From Octopus vulgaris (lineage: Eukaryota), in assembly GCA_951406725.2 (NCBI GenBank), contig OX597827.1, positions 43,958,001-44,022,000 of the forward strand: a stretch of DNA of 64,000 bases, read 5' to 3'. The position numbers and the translations under genes were made by a program. Positions within the stretch are counted from its first letter, which is position 1. Each line of letters opens with the position of its first letter. Under the pieces are notes generated by a model. That model worked only from the letters and a program-made list of their open reading frames with translations. It had not been told where the DNA came from and made no database searches. Shown here in pieces: positions 13,315-29,608 of the stretch.

Positions 13315-13808
13315 TTATTCTTTACTCTTTTACTGATTTCAGTGACTTGACTGTGACCATGCTGGAGCACCGCCTTTTTAGTCGAGCAAATCGACCCCAG
13401 GACTTATTCTTTGTAAGCCTAGTACTTATTCTATCAGTCTCTTTTGCCGAAGCGCTAAGTTACGGGGACGTAAACACACCAGCACCGGTTGTCAAGCGAT
13501 GTTGGGGGGACAAACACAGACATACAAACATATACACACACATATACACATATACATACATATATACGACGGACTTTTTCGGTTTCCGTCTACCAAATCC
13601 ACTCACAAGACTTTGGTCGGTCCTAGGCTATAGTAGAAGATACTTGCCCAAGGTGCCACGCAGTGAGGCTGAACCCGGAACCATGTGGTTGGTAAGCAAG
13701 CTACTTACCACACAGCCACTCCTACGCCTACATATATATGTGTGTGGGACTGTACCTGGAACCATGTGGTTGGGAAGCAAGTGTCTTACCACAGCCACGC
13801 CTGCGCCT
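13315..13808 (-). mobile_element. Full-length SINE family A plus a duplicated 5' head (13745-13808)
   Basis: Matches 6345-6811. A second GGAACCATGTGGTTGG..CCACAGCCACGCCTGCGCCT head follows. Confidence 0.9.
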
Positions 13809-14293
13809 ATATGTATCTATGCATGTATGTACATGTATAAGTATATAGATAAAGTCGGGAGGTCAACCTAAGGCTATTTTAAGAACGATTGCAAAGCTAC
13901 CGCGCGGTGGGACCAGACCATAAGCCACGTATTGGAGAATGAAAATAATGACTTGACCACACAGTGTTATCTGCATCCAGAATGAGATAGATATGCTTCG
14001 ACAGTTCTTAACCTTGCTTCGAACAGCGCTTAGATCACACGATGTATTTCAGGTTCAAGAAAGTTGTCTTGAATTATTCCCAAGAACATAGTAAACACAA
14101 AAATACGATTCTTTATCGTATTATATATGATGCAGAGAAATCTATAAAATATTCGTGACAAAGCGAGACATCACGAGATTTCAACTGCATTCAAGCTGAT
14201 AAGACTAAAGTAAGGTTATATATCGTGAATATTCATTTGTTAATCTCCTGATTTCTATCCTGCACTCTCTCTCTCCCTCCCTCCCTCTCTCTG

Positions 14294-14370
<77 letters not shown>

Positions 14371-14569
14371 GTCCTAAATAATTATCTAAAATGCTTTGTG
14401 TATCAGTAACTCTTTCTATCTATCCATATATACGCGTGGGTCTGTGAGTATATGCGAGGTACGTGGTGTATGTGTGTGTGTGTGTGTGCGTATGCATACA
14501 TATGTGCATGTGTGTGTATGTGTGATAAGAGTATGCATGTGTATACATGTCTCTGTTTGTATATATGTC

Positions 14570-14630
<61 letters not shown>

Positions 14631-14696
14631 ATAGTATGGCAACAAAAGAATGAATGAGACCTCGATATTACGAAAATAGAGCAATCTTTCAGTAAC

Positions 14697-14966
14697 ATAA
14701 TATGTGACAATTATTCTGTTGTCATAATAAAATTCCTAGTTTCAATTGTCGGGGAGGAAAACTGCTCCGGCATCTCGTCAGTTATTAAGACAAACAAAAA
14801 TGCTATGAAAATGATCGTCATTTACATCGTAATTTCCCTGTTTCACGGTCATTTTCATAGCATTTTTGTTTGTCTTAATAACTGATGAGATGCCGGAGCA
14901 GTTTTCCGCCCCTACATCCGAAACTCGGACTTTTATTATGGCAACCGAATAATTGTCACATATTAT
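14697..14966. repeat. ~120-bp-arm palindrome carrying a hammerhead-like motif in each arm
   Basis: 14697-14818 is the reverse complement of 14845-14966, with a ~26-bp spacer. Confidence 0.85.
14876..14938 (+). ncRNA. Degenerate type I hammerhead ribozyme
   Basis: TAATAA-CTGATGA-GATG..CATC-C-GAAA-CTCGGAC-TT-TTATTA. Stem I and the core are intact; stem III is decayed. The mirror copy on the minus strand has CTGACGA. Confidence 0.55.
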
Positions 14967-14973
14967 ATGATAG

Positions 14974-15020
<47 letters not shown>

Positions 15021-15026
15021 TGTGTG

Positions 15027-15313
15027 AAGGCGCGTGGCTCAGTTGTTAGGGCATTCGGCTCACGATTGTAAGGACGTGAGTTCGATTCCCGTCGACGCGT
15101 TGTGTTCTTGAGCAAGACACTTTATTTCACGTTGCTCCAGTCGACTCAGCTGGCAATAATGAGTCCTACCGTCAGGCTGAATCTCCCTGAGAACTACGTT
15201 AGGGGTACGCGTGTCTGAGGCTTGCTCAGTCACTTGCACGTTGATTTCACGAGCAGGCTGTTCCGTTGATCTTATTAGCTGGGAGCTTCGTCGTCGTAAC
15301 TGCCGGAGTGATC

Positions 15314-15315
<2 letters not shown>
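15027..15315 (+). mobile_element. tRNA-derived SINE family D (CORE-like)
   Basis: GGCGCGTGGCTCAGTTGTTAG, GAGTTCGATTCCC, CTTGAGCAAGACACTTTATTTCAC. Confidence 0.8.
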
Positions 15316-15364
<49 letters not shown>

Positions 15365-15471
15365 ATGAAATGGATAAATGAATTATCTTGTTACGGATTA
15401 TTCTACATGTGTAGAAAATAATAAAAAGGAATTTTGTAGAATCTTCGTTCGGCTCCATTTCTTCCCTTCAC

Positions 15472-15545
<74 letters not shown>

Positions 15546-17023
15546 CATATATATATACATACATACATATATATGTGTGTGTGTGAAGCTTTTTCGATTC
15601 AATATCTTTCAGTTCTGTGAACTTTACCATGCGTCTAGAATTATACTTGCCAGAACTAGTTTTACCCTGGTTTTTTAATGCCAGCATGATTTTGAGACTG
15701 TATTTCTGGAAACATAAAACAATTGAGCAGATTTAGAAACTGAAGCTTCAGCCGCTCGTTACAATAGGTCAGGCATTTAAACTTGTTTAAATACAAATAT
15801 CTACAAAAAAGGAAACAGAGGGTTATGTCACAAAGTGCAAAGGAATCCATAACACATATGAACACATCCACAAAAACAGTTTTGAATTTGTAATACTGTC
15901 AAAAGGAAAAAAAAGTAACTAAACAAAATGTGCTGTTACTCTTATTTTGTCCAACTCCTCTATATATACATGTTTGTTCTCTTCAATTCTAAATTTTTCA
16001 TGCCTTCCTCTAAGGAAGAAAAGCCGGTTTCCAACAAAGATAGAAAGCCACATCGTTGGAACGAAGATAACAACAAAAGAAAATGTCCCGTATGGAAATT
16101 GAGAAACGTCTTCCATAACTGTTACGGTTGGAGAATGTATTTGTAATGTGCGAGTAAGGTGGTCGGTTGCTTTTTCCAGAAAACCCCCTACTCTTTGAAA
16201 TTATCACCAGTAAAACCAGATGCACTAATTATAATTCGCATAGATGCGAATTTATGATCTGAGTATTGAAGCTGAAAGTTTGGAAACGGTTACCATAGTT
16301 ATCCTCTTTTCTTTTGATTTTTGAAGAGACATTCACAGCAGATGGTGGGCAGTGTGAATGTACGTATGAATGTATAGTACAAAAGTATCTAATAGCTCAA
16401 CATGTAGCATTTTAATTGGAACTCCACGAAATCCATTATATTCCAAAAATGCAGCTACGAACCCAGTTCATGCAATATACATGTAGTAACAAGAGTGAAA
16501 GCCGTTGATTCCAAAATCCATAGAATACAGATCTGCATTATGTCAATATCAAAAAGAACTATTGTAAAGATATGAAAATTTGAATAAATATTTCTTTCTA
16601 TTATATAATCTGGTAATGCAAACGCATATATATCCACACGCACACACATATATATATATATCTCTCTCTATATATATATATATTATATTCATATATATAT
16701 ATATATATATGTGCATTTGTGTGTATCTCATTCTCTCTCTGCCGTTCTCTCTCTCCCTTTCTCTGGAACAACGGCGTCTGCAAATGATAAATAAACGTTT
16801 TAGGTCTTATCATTAGGGCTTGGTACTCGTTTGGTATATTAAATTAGCGTTTAGAAGGATATAAAGTTATATACGCGGGCGCATGCGTATGCATGTATAC
16901 GTGCATCCATTTTGGTATTTGTCGGTGTGAAGGGGTGATATGTACATACATATACATACATATATGTGTTCGTGTGTGCGTTTGGTTGTATCTATGTATG
17001 TACGAATGTATATATATATATAT

Positions 17024-17114
<91 letters not shown>

Positions 17115-17409
17115 TACATATATATAAAGGGTGGGTCTGTATGTATGCTGAATTTGATCATTAATATGCTGTGTGGAGGGAAGCTTTGGAACTCTCGTCA
17201 CAGAACCATAATATGTGTTCATGTTAATTTTTGATTGGGTGATTTAGAAAACATTTTTACGAAAAAGCTAAGCGTAAAACAGTAAATAAATTCCAACATA
17301 TTGATTTACATACATATATACACACATACATACACATACATATACATATACATATACATACGTACATATATATATATATATATAAATATTTATACACATA
17401 CACACATAC

Positions 17410-17444
<35 letters not shown>

Positions 17445-17595
17445 CATATATATAGCTATACATATGTATGCATGCATGTATATTATATGGGTGTGTATGT
17501 ATATATGTATGTATGCGTATGCGTATGTACGTGTATGTGTATGTACATATGTAGAAAATGAGCTTCCTAGATATATATACACACACACATATATA

Positions 17596-17631
<36 letters not shown>

Positions 17632-18292
17632 TGTATGTATGTATGTATGTATGTATGTATGTATGAATATATGTATGTATATGTATGTATGTATGTATGT
17701 ATGTATAAACGTATGTATGTTTGAGAGAGAGAGAGAGATAAAAAGAGAGAGAAGGAAACAGAGACAGAAAGAAAGAAGAATATACAATAACAATATTAAT
17801 CTTTTTTTAAAAAAAAAATTACTTGATTTGCATACATATAATTTGAACACGTTGCCATTTTTATACGTATTTTTACGTTTAAATCTTTTATTTCTTCATT
17901 TATTTCTTTTTTTCATTCATTTGTATGTTTTTGCCTTTTTGCAGAATATTTATATTCATATATTCTACAGCTAACGAAATAAATGAGAAAAAAAAGAACA
18001 AAAAATAAAAAAATAAAAATCAGAAAAAAAAAAGAAAGTGAAAAATAAGCATATTAGAAATACTCCGAGTTTAGAATATGATTAAATTTAAAAAGGAAGA
18101 AAAAAAAAAGAAAGAAGAGGAGAAAAACATTGATCTGATACGTAATTGATTATTCTGGGAACATACATATATACATTAGCAGATATATATACAAGTACAT
18201 CCACACACACACACACACACACGCACATATATATATATATATATGCATATACGTACAAGTATGTATATATATATATGTATATATATATGTAG

Positions 18293-18328
<36 letters not shown>

Positions 18329-18564
18329 ATATATATATATGTATGTATGTTTATATATATATGCATAATAGTTATACATGTATTTATATATGTATATATA
18401 TTTATATATATATGTACGTGTATATATTTGCATATATATATATATATATATATATTCTTATACATATATGCATATGTGCATGTACATATGCATATACATA
18501 TGTGCATACACATATTTACATATATACGTAAATATACATATACATATTTAAATATAAATATGCA

Positions 18565-18650
<86 letters not shown>

Positions 18651-19226
18651 CATACATATATATTTATACGCATATATATGTACATTTATATATATATTTA
18701 TCTATATACATATATACATAATTGTAAGCATATATGTGTGTCTGTAGGATGGGGGGGGCTGGTGTCATTGAGAAGTATTTAGGATTTTGTTGATTCTTTT
18801 CTTAATGTTGTTGTTGCTTTCTTATTTTTCTTAATTATTTTATATTCTTTCTGTTTTAGTTTTGTTTGTTTCTTTTTGTTCTTTCCTTACACTTTCTGAG
18901 ATATTTTTTTTTCTCTTCAGTCCCGTCACATTATTATAAGTTACAGTTGATTTTCTTAATTTATTTATGTATTTATTTGTATATATTTTTATCTAGTTAA
19001 AGCGTTTTGATAGATAATATATATACATACATACGTATATATATATATACATATATATATACATATACATATATATATGTACATATCACACTCAGACACT
19101 CTCTCTTTCTCCCTCTCTCTCTCTCTTCCTCTCACTTTCTCTCTCTCTCTCTCTGTAAGTAAGTTATGTTCAGGGCATACAACCACATGCACCTGTACAC
19201 ACAAACATATGTATATACATATATGC

Positions 19227-19298
<72 letters not shown>

Positions 19299-19350
19299 GG
19301 AGACAGAGATGGAATGAGACAAAAATACATAGCAAGATAGAAAGATAGAT

Positions 19351-19383
<33 letters not shown>

Positions 19384-19712
19384 CAACATACATACATACA
19401 TACATACATACATACATACATACATACATACATACATAAAGTTTTCAATAGTTTTCTTTCGATTGAATTAACGTTTTCGTTTTTTTCTCTCATTATTTCT
19501 GGATGTACAATAACAAGTTCGCATATGACTATGTTTGTGCGTGTGTATATATACGTTTGTATGTAGGTAAATATATGCGTGTAATTAAGTAGATGTGTGT
19601 GTGTATGTGTGCATATATGTCGATAGATGTATGCGTTATATACGGGTATGTATATATAAATTTATATGTATACATATATATATATATATACGTATATACG
19701 TATATATGTATA

Positions 19713-19762
<50 letters not shown>

Positions 19763-20172
19763 GATATAATATATTCTCATACATACATACATACATACAT
19801 ACATACATACATACATACATACATGCATACATACGAGGGAGACACTGTGGAAGAGAGAAGAGAGATGGTGTGATAAAAGAGAAAGAGGGGGAGATAAAGA
19901 AACAAGAATGGATAAATTTGCTTAGGAGATGAGCAGATTTATACATGTGCATATATATATATATATGTACATATATATTTATACACGTATGTATATATAA
20001 ATATATATATACATGCATGTATGTATGTATATATATATATGAGTGTGTGTATGTATATACATATATACATACATATATGCGATACACATATATATGTATG
20101 CATATATAAATGTATGTGTGTGTGCATATATATTTGCATATATTTATATGTATATATGTGTGTGTGCATATA

Positions 20173-20204
<32 letters not shown>

Positions 20205-20938
20205 AATGTGTATATCTATATATGTATGTATGTAAACGTTTATATGTGTGTAGTATGTATGTATAATCTGTAAATGCACTGGAGTGTGTGCGCATATCAT
20301 TGAGAAATGTTCAGAAGAATTTCAACAGACAAGCTAGCTACAATAACACAACATCCCGGCGCAAATGCCTTCCTCCAATCTTCACCAGAGAGCCATCCAT
20401 TATAAATAATTAATCATGGAACCAATCTAATATGGCGTCGATATTAACAACCAAAAGACTCTTCTTCGTATCACTATAAATGGTGACTTGCTGATGGAAC
20501 CCTGTTCAGTGAAATAGATTCGCCCATAAATCTCTGATTTTCAAGATAAATGGCAACGTGTACATGTGTGTGAGTGTCTGTGTGTGTGTGCGTGCGCGTG
20601 TGTATGTGTGTATGTGCATGTGTATATATATATATGCATATATACACTTATATGTATGTACATAAGTATTTGTATATGTATGTTTATGTCTATATATATT
20701 ATATATATATATATATTCTCACATATTCATATGTATGTATGTATGTATAGATATGGCGAAGTATGCACGTATGTGCATATATAGAAACATAGAAATATAT
20801 ATACATATATATATATGTATACGCACACGCTCATCTGTATGTATGTACGTACGTATGTATGAATGTATGTGTGGATGTACGTATACATATTTATATGTAC
20901 AAGTGTACGTAATATACCAGTATGTTTATACATGTATG

Positions 20939-20979
<41 letters not shown>

Positions 20980-21984
20980 GTAGTTATATATGCATGTGAA
21001 GCCGCTTGACACAGATTGGCTGTGCATGCGCACTTGGAAGAGATGAGAAAGAAAAATGCGCCACGCAGTGAGACTGAACCCGGCGTATGGTCTATGTGTC
21101 TTTGAATATATGAATACGTATGTGTATGCTATTTATGTGGAAAGACTGGAAAAAAATTCGATGTGTGTACATGTACGTGAGCGAGAATGCTTTATTTGTG
21201 GCTAAGTATATTTTATATAAATTATCTTTAATTGAGTGTTTTACATGAATGTCTATATGCAGTTTTGTGTATACGTAAGTGTATGTGAAGAAAGAAATGG
21301 ACGTGCGACGGTGTGGCGGCTGAAGAGGGGCGTTGGACACCGACAAACACACAAACAGTCTTACAGGCCGATTTCCAGATAAATTGATAAGTAGTTAATG
21401 CTGATAGTATATATTGATGCAAGTCAACAATATTCGTGTATACGTACGTATGAGTGTATGTATATATACTTGTATGTATATATCTTTTATCATTGTTTGT
21501 TTTTGCTTGTTTCACTCATTGGTCTCTGGTCATGCTGTGGCACAACCTTGAAGGTTTTAATCGACTAAATCGACCTCAGGACTTAACATTTTTTCAAAAA
21601 GACTAGTGCTTATTCGATCGGTCTCTTTTGCCGGTTCACCAAGCTATGGAAACGTTAACAAACCAACTCTGGCTGTTACTTGGTGATGGTAAATGATGGC
21701 AGAAACACATATAAAAAAATTTGCACATAAATTTGGCTTACAGCTGTTTCCAGTTATATTTTTTATAGGTAGATTACTGATAGGTTTACTCAAATGGTCT
21801 ATGGATCAATTGAGACAAATTGAACAACCCAAGAAAATTAATGCCACTTTCTGTTTATAACGAGTAGAGAACTAGAGGAATAGCTATTGTGTGGAGAAGG
21901 TAGAAGAAGATGGGAATGTCCAAGTTAATAGAGAACAGGGGAAGACAGGTTACAAAGGGGTGGAAGAAGGTATAAGAATGATAT

Positions 21985-22136
21985 AAGAGATACCAACACG
22001 CTGAAAATGGTAGTCAAAACTTGACTCTAAAGCCACATTAAATGTTCATATAGCACAAGGAAAATGCAATATGAACATTTAATGTGGTTTTAGAGTCAAG
22101 TTTTGACTGCTATTTTCAGCACGGTGGTATCTCTTG
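21985..22136. repeat. ~70-bp-arm palindrome carrying the GCTGAAAATGGTAGTCAAAA motif, abutting (TA)n
   Basis: AAGAGATACCA..CATTAAATGTTCATAT / ATATGAACATTTAATG..TGGTATCTCTT. Confidence 0.85.
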
Positions 22137-22143
22137 GATACCC

Positions 22144-22267
<124 letters not shown>

Positions 22268-23044
22268 TATTTCAAATTTTGTGTTAGAAACAGTTAAATA
22301 ATGTAAACGTTACCAATATCACACAATAAATACATAGTAGCAAACACACACACAGGTATTTTGACGGGTAGAGAGCCATTTAGAGGCGAGGCATATAGTG
22401 TTAAAAAGGACACTGTATAGTTCAAGGCTACGCAAAACGAAAATCGCCCGGAAGTGAAGGAGAGCGACAGATATCGATATATTTGAAATATTTTGTTACT
22501 CATCAGTTTCGTACAATTAAACCGTATATATATATATATATATATGAAAACGACAGCTTGAAGTATATGCAATTAGTGTAAAATCTATTTGCTAATGTGC
22601 AACAGTGCTCCACAAGTAGAATAAAATGCAAATTTTGTGTTAGAAGCAGCCAAATAACGTGAACATGATCCATTTCACATACTCAATGTGTGTGTTGTTG
22701 AACGCTTTTAACTGCGGTATATCGTCCGGGAAACTCTATACGTCTCTAAAGACGTATAGTTGCCGCATACCATCCGTATCTGAGATTTGGATGGCAAGTA
22801 GCAAACGGACGCCTGTCGCTGAGGAAACGCAGTACGCTGAAATAACGTGATCTGGCAGTTCCGACGACCATGCAAGACAATATATAGGATTCACTTAACT
22901 AGCCGACTCGTTGATTGCCTCGAAATTGTAGATTAAAGATTGTGCAGGTCAAAGAAAAAAATACCCTTGGAATCTAGATATTTTTACAAAAGATGTCATG
23001 ATTAAGTAAACATCACATTAAATATATTTGTATTAAACTTTGTG

Positions 23045-23094
<50 letters not shown>

Positions 23095-23098
23095 ACAT

Positions 23099-25602
<2,504 letters not shown>

Positions 25603-25807
25603 TGAGAGAAATCTACTATGAAAGGCTCATAGTATAATAACTATATAATAATATATCATAACAATATTTTATTCTCCAACAATTTTTTAAATACAAATAA
25701 CTAAAAGATTATGAGCTAACTCCATGGTAGCTTTTTCTGTAATTTACAAACCTTTCGCGTTTGTTTACAAATATTATATGTAGTGTGTGTGTATATATAC
25801 ATACATT

Positions 25808-25882
<75 letters not shown>

Positions 25883-26067
25883 TAGCAATTAAGGGTTTAG
25901 CAACGAATTGCCTCACCACACACCGAATTTAGAAATAGCAGTCAAAGATTTATAGCTATTCTTTCTACTAAAAGGGAGATCTCAGTAAAAACACAGCACT
26001 TGAAAGGCAAACACAGACAGGTAAGAGAGAATGAAATGACGGCAATCTATCATACAATTTTAAGTCA

Positions 26068-26159
26068 CCTACGGACGTACGTTTCGAAATCAGGTTTTAG
26101 GAAAGCATAAGAATTAGAAAATTCTACCTTACCCAAACTTCTTTTCTCATCAGTGTAGG
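26068..26159 (-). ncRNA. Type I hammerhead ribozyme (mirror copy; one stem I mismatch)
   Basis: Reverse complement reads CCTACA-CTGATGA-GAAA..TTTC-GAAA-CGTACG-TC-CGTAGG. Confidence 0.75.
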
Positions 26160-26221
26160 ATACTACAATTATGAATAATTGTATATTAAATTTAATATAC
26201 AATTATTCATAATTGTAGTAT

Positions 26222-26312
26222 CCTACGCTGATGAGAAAAAAGTTTGGGTAAGGTAGAATTTTCTAATTCTTATGCTTTCCTAAAACCTGATTTCGAAACG
26301 TACGTCCGTAGG
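26222..26312 (+). ncRNA. Type I hammerhead ribozyme, canonical core
   Basis: Stem I CCTACG/CGTAGG; CTGATGA at 26228-26234; a 60-nt stem II closed by GAAA/TTTC with inner AGAATT/AATTCT; GAAA at 26295-26298; palindromic stem III CGTACG; GUC cleavage triplet ending at 26306. Confidence 0.85.
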
Positions 26313-26598
26313 TGACTTAAAATTGTATGATAGATTGCCGTCATTTCATTCTCTCTTACCTGTCTGTGTTTGCCTTTCAAGTGCTGTGTTTTTACTGAGA
26401 TCTCCTTTTAGTAGAAAGAATAGCTATAAATCTTTGACTGCTATTTCTAAATTCGGTGTGTGGTGAGGCAATTCGTTGCTAAACCCTTAATTGCTTAGTA
26501 TTACTTAAATTTTCCTCGAATGAGGCTTTTACATGCCGAAATCTACTTGGTGTAATTAATAATTATTCCAAATTATTTAATTTCACCCTTTATTGTTA

Positions 26599-26649
<51 letters not shown>

Positions 26650-26653
<4 letters not shown>

Positions 26654-27007
26654 TATTAGAGAGTTACCACTATGTGGATAGCTCTAGTGCTAAAAATAGC
26701 TCCGATAGTATAGCCACAGTATAGCTACATATTACATTAGTAATGAAACAATTGTTCAGGGTCAATCTATTTATTCGTTATATTTCACTTTCCTTCCGTT
26801 AAATGTAATGTTATTTCTAGTTGGAAACATCATTTCTGTGGCTATACTATCGGAGCTATTTTTAGCACTAGAGCTCTCCACATAGTGGTAACTCTCTAAT
26901 AATTTATGTATAAATTTGTATTTTCTCCCTAGTTTTTTGTGCTAAGCCACTCGGTGTTAAATAAATGGTATTATTAAATTAATATCAATTTTCACCCTCA
27001 TTTATAA

Positions 27008-27010
<3 letters not shown>
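26650..27010. mobile_element. Second inverted-arm element between (TA)n tracts (arms 26650-26718 / 26836-26905, plus tail)
   Basis: AATTATTAGAGAGTTACCACTATGTGG..GCCACAG recurs reverse-complemented. It carries the GCTAAAAATAGC motif. Its tail ends ATTTTCACCCT, like the 25884 element (ATTTCACCCT). Confidence 0.75.
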
Positions 27011-27038
<28 letters not shown>

Positions 27039-27051
27039 CGTAAAATATATA

Positions 27052-27560
27052 AAGCTGCCTGTTAAAGGTCACTTCTCTTGTGTTTAAATGTACACTATTT
27101 CATATTGAGAATATGTTGTCCATTGAATTTTTATACATGCTAGGCCACTCGTAGTGAAATTTAAAAAAAAACTCGCTACCCTATATATATTACGCATTTT
27201 CATAAGATTAGTTCGGCATTTTTTCATTTGCTGCCGACTGAAACTGCGCTTGCGCTGTGAATTTGAAAAAAAATTATGATATATAATGATGAGACGTGTT
27301 ATTTGTCTCTAAATTATATGTTAATGTTATGGCGCGGTCATTGATGAGAATTTCGTCTAGCAAATTATCTTATTTGCTAAATAAAGTTCAAAACTTAAGT
27401 ATGACCGTAAAAAAAATAACAAGATAAAAGTTTTTATTTTTCATTCCCTTCAAAATTGCTGTTAAATGTGGTATTGGTCGTTTTTGACTACTTGTTCTAG
27501 CGTGCAAAGATGTCTGTTAAAGGTCGCTTCCTTTGTGTTTAAATGTACACTATTTTATAT
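27052..27560. repeat. Element with ~50-bp direct terminal repeats (pseudo-LTR-like)
   Basis: CTGTTAAAGGTC(A/G)CTTC..TGTGTTTAAATGTACACTATTTT at about 27059 and 27514. The second copy is preceded by TTTGACTACTTGTTCTAGC and is homologous to the reverse complement of 11910-11958. Confidence 0.65.
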
Positions 27561-27599
27561 ATATATACACTCAAATGTGTATACACTCAAATATATATA

Positions 27600-28380
27600 C
27601 ACTCAAATGTGGACGTAATATACCTTGACTTTGCAAAAGCTTTTGATAAAGTGGATAATGGTATGATATGCCACAAACTGCGTGATCTTGGCATAGCTGG
27701 AAAACTTGGAGAGTGTTTACATCGTTCTTAAAGAAAGAAGTCATGCAGTAGTAGCCAATGGAGCCACCTCAAAGAAAACAAAAATAGTGAGCCATATTCC
27801 ACAGGGTACTGTCTTGGGACCTCTGCTTTTCATAGTGGCCTTCTCAGATATGCCGTCAGCTGCCCGGATATCCACACTTCCTAGTTTCGCAGACGATACG
27901 AAAGTCTCGCAGAAAATACAGAACCCCAGCAATGTTGCACACCTGCAGCAGGAGTTGGACTCAATTTGTAGATGGGATGAGGACAATAATATGCAGTTTG
28001 ATGCTGAAAAGTTCCACACCCTGCGCTACCAGCGTCCAAAGCTGAATGTAAAACTTACAGGGTACACTGGTCCACAGGGGATTGCAATCCCAGAGCCTAA
28101 ATCAGTGAAGGACCAAAGTATCGACATGAGTGATGATACCTCTTTCCAAATGCACATTACCAGAATGGCCACAAAGTGCAGACGACTAGTTGGATGGATC
28201 CTGAGAACGTTCAGAACCAGAGAGAAGAAAACCATGATGGTCCTCTGGAGGGCATTTGCCCACAGCCGCCTGGAGTACTGCTCCCAAATATGGTCACCCA
28301 ACAGTGTAAAATTAAAAGCGGGCCTTGAAGCAATCCAGCGAAGCTTCACAAAGAAGATCGTCGCGTTGCAACAGCTCAAC
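27600..28380 (+). pseudogene. CR1-group (Jockey/CR1/L2-like) non-LTR retrotransposon RT fragment, frameshifted
   Basis: DVIYLDFAKAFDKV, PQGTVLGPLLF, FADDTK and SRLEYCSQIWSP motifs; frameshift near 27710. Confidence 0.92.
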
Positions 28381-28402
28381 ACAAAGACACACATAGACAT
28401 AC

Positions 28403-28433
<31 letters not shown>

Positions 28434-28482
28434 CGCGCGCGCACGTGTGTGTGTTGTGTGTGTGTGTGTGTGTGTGTGTATA

Positions 28483-28635
28483 CACAACGGGTTTCTTTCA
28501 GTTTCCGCATACCAAATCCACTCAGAAAGCTTTGGTCAGCTCGAGGCTACAGTAGAAGACACCTGCCCAAGGTGCCACGCAGTGGGGCTGAACCCGGAAC
28601 CATGTGGTTGGTAAGCAAGCTTCTTACCACACAGC
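28483..28635 (-). mobile_element. SINE family A, 5' part
   Basis: Matches 6648-6800. Confidence 0.85.
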
Positions 28636-28905
28636 AACGTTGTTGTTTCCGTTTCCCCGCATCCTGGAATCGAAACCAGATCGTGTAATGAGCTAGCCAC
28701 CAGTGGAGCCCTTCACATTACATTAAGATGTTTACCATCGAAGAAGTGAAGCACAAACGCTATAATGGTACCTGCGAGACTTGATGTCAGCGATTTTATT
28801 TCATTCTGACACCATAATGGAAGCTAAATGGGATGACACTTGGCGCCTACAAAGATGTAGAACTGTACGTGTACGTGTGTGTGTGCGTGTGTATGTTTGT
28901 GTGTG

Positions 28906-28945
<40 letters not shown>

Positions 28946-29028
28946 CGTATAAGCTTCTTTGTTGGCTGTATGCTGCTTTGCATCTGTCTCTCCTTTCCAT
29001 TCTCTCACTCTGTATGCGTGTATGTATA

Positions 29029-29111
<83 letters not shown>

Positions 29112-29226
29112 CTCTTACAGCATATATACATGCATATATTCGTACATATGTGAGTGTATCTATCTATGTACGTATTTCTGTGCGTATATATATATATACA
29201 TATACGCACAGAAATACGTACACACG

Positions 29227-29266
<40 letters not shown>

Positions 29267-29326
29267 CATATACACATATATATTTATATATATATATACA
29301 TATATACATAAGTATAAATATATATG

Positions 29327-29403
<77 letters not shown>

Positions 29404-29560
29404 GGTTATGCATATGTGTCTATATACAGGGTTGGTAGATAAAAATAGGAGAAAGAGAACAGACTACTTGAGATGATATACGTTTTTATTTTTAAAGTTT
29501 TCAGAACTTTCAGCTGATTAAAAACAAAAAAAAGTGCATATAGATAAATAAATACACACA

Positions 29561-29608
<48 letters not shown>

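Larger units (their letters stand above)
25884..26495. mobile_element. Near-perfect spacerless ~612-bp palindrome of a Penelope-like terminal repeat (two hammerheads), between (TA)n tracts
   Basis: The centre is at 26190/26191 (..TATTAAA|TTTAATA..) and the arms differ by only a few bases. Each arm has TTAGAAATAGCAGTCAAA and a hammerhead. An ~105-bp unique tail follows to 26601. Confidence 0.85.

Noticed and set aside
15700-16260. Coding-like unique sequence
   Set aside because: Stops occur in all plausible frames and no motif was recognisable.
28740-28850. Possible minus-strand exon with AG/GT signals
   Set aside because: All three frames contain stops.
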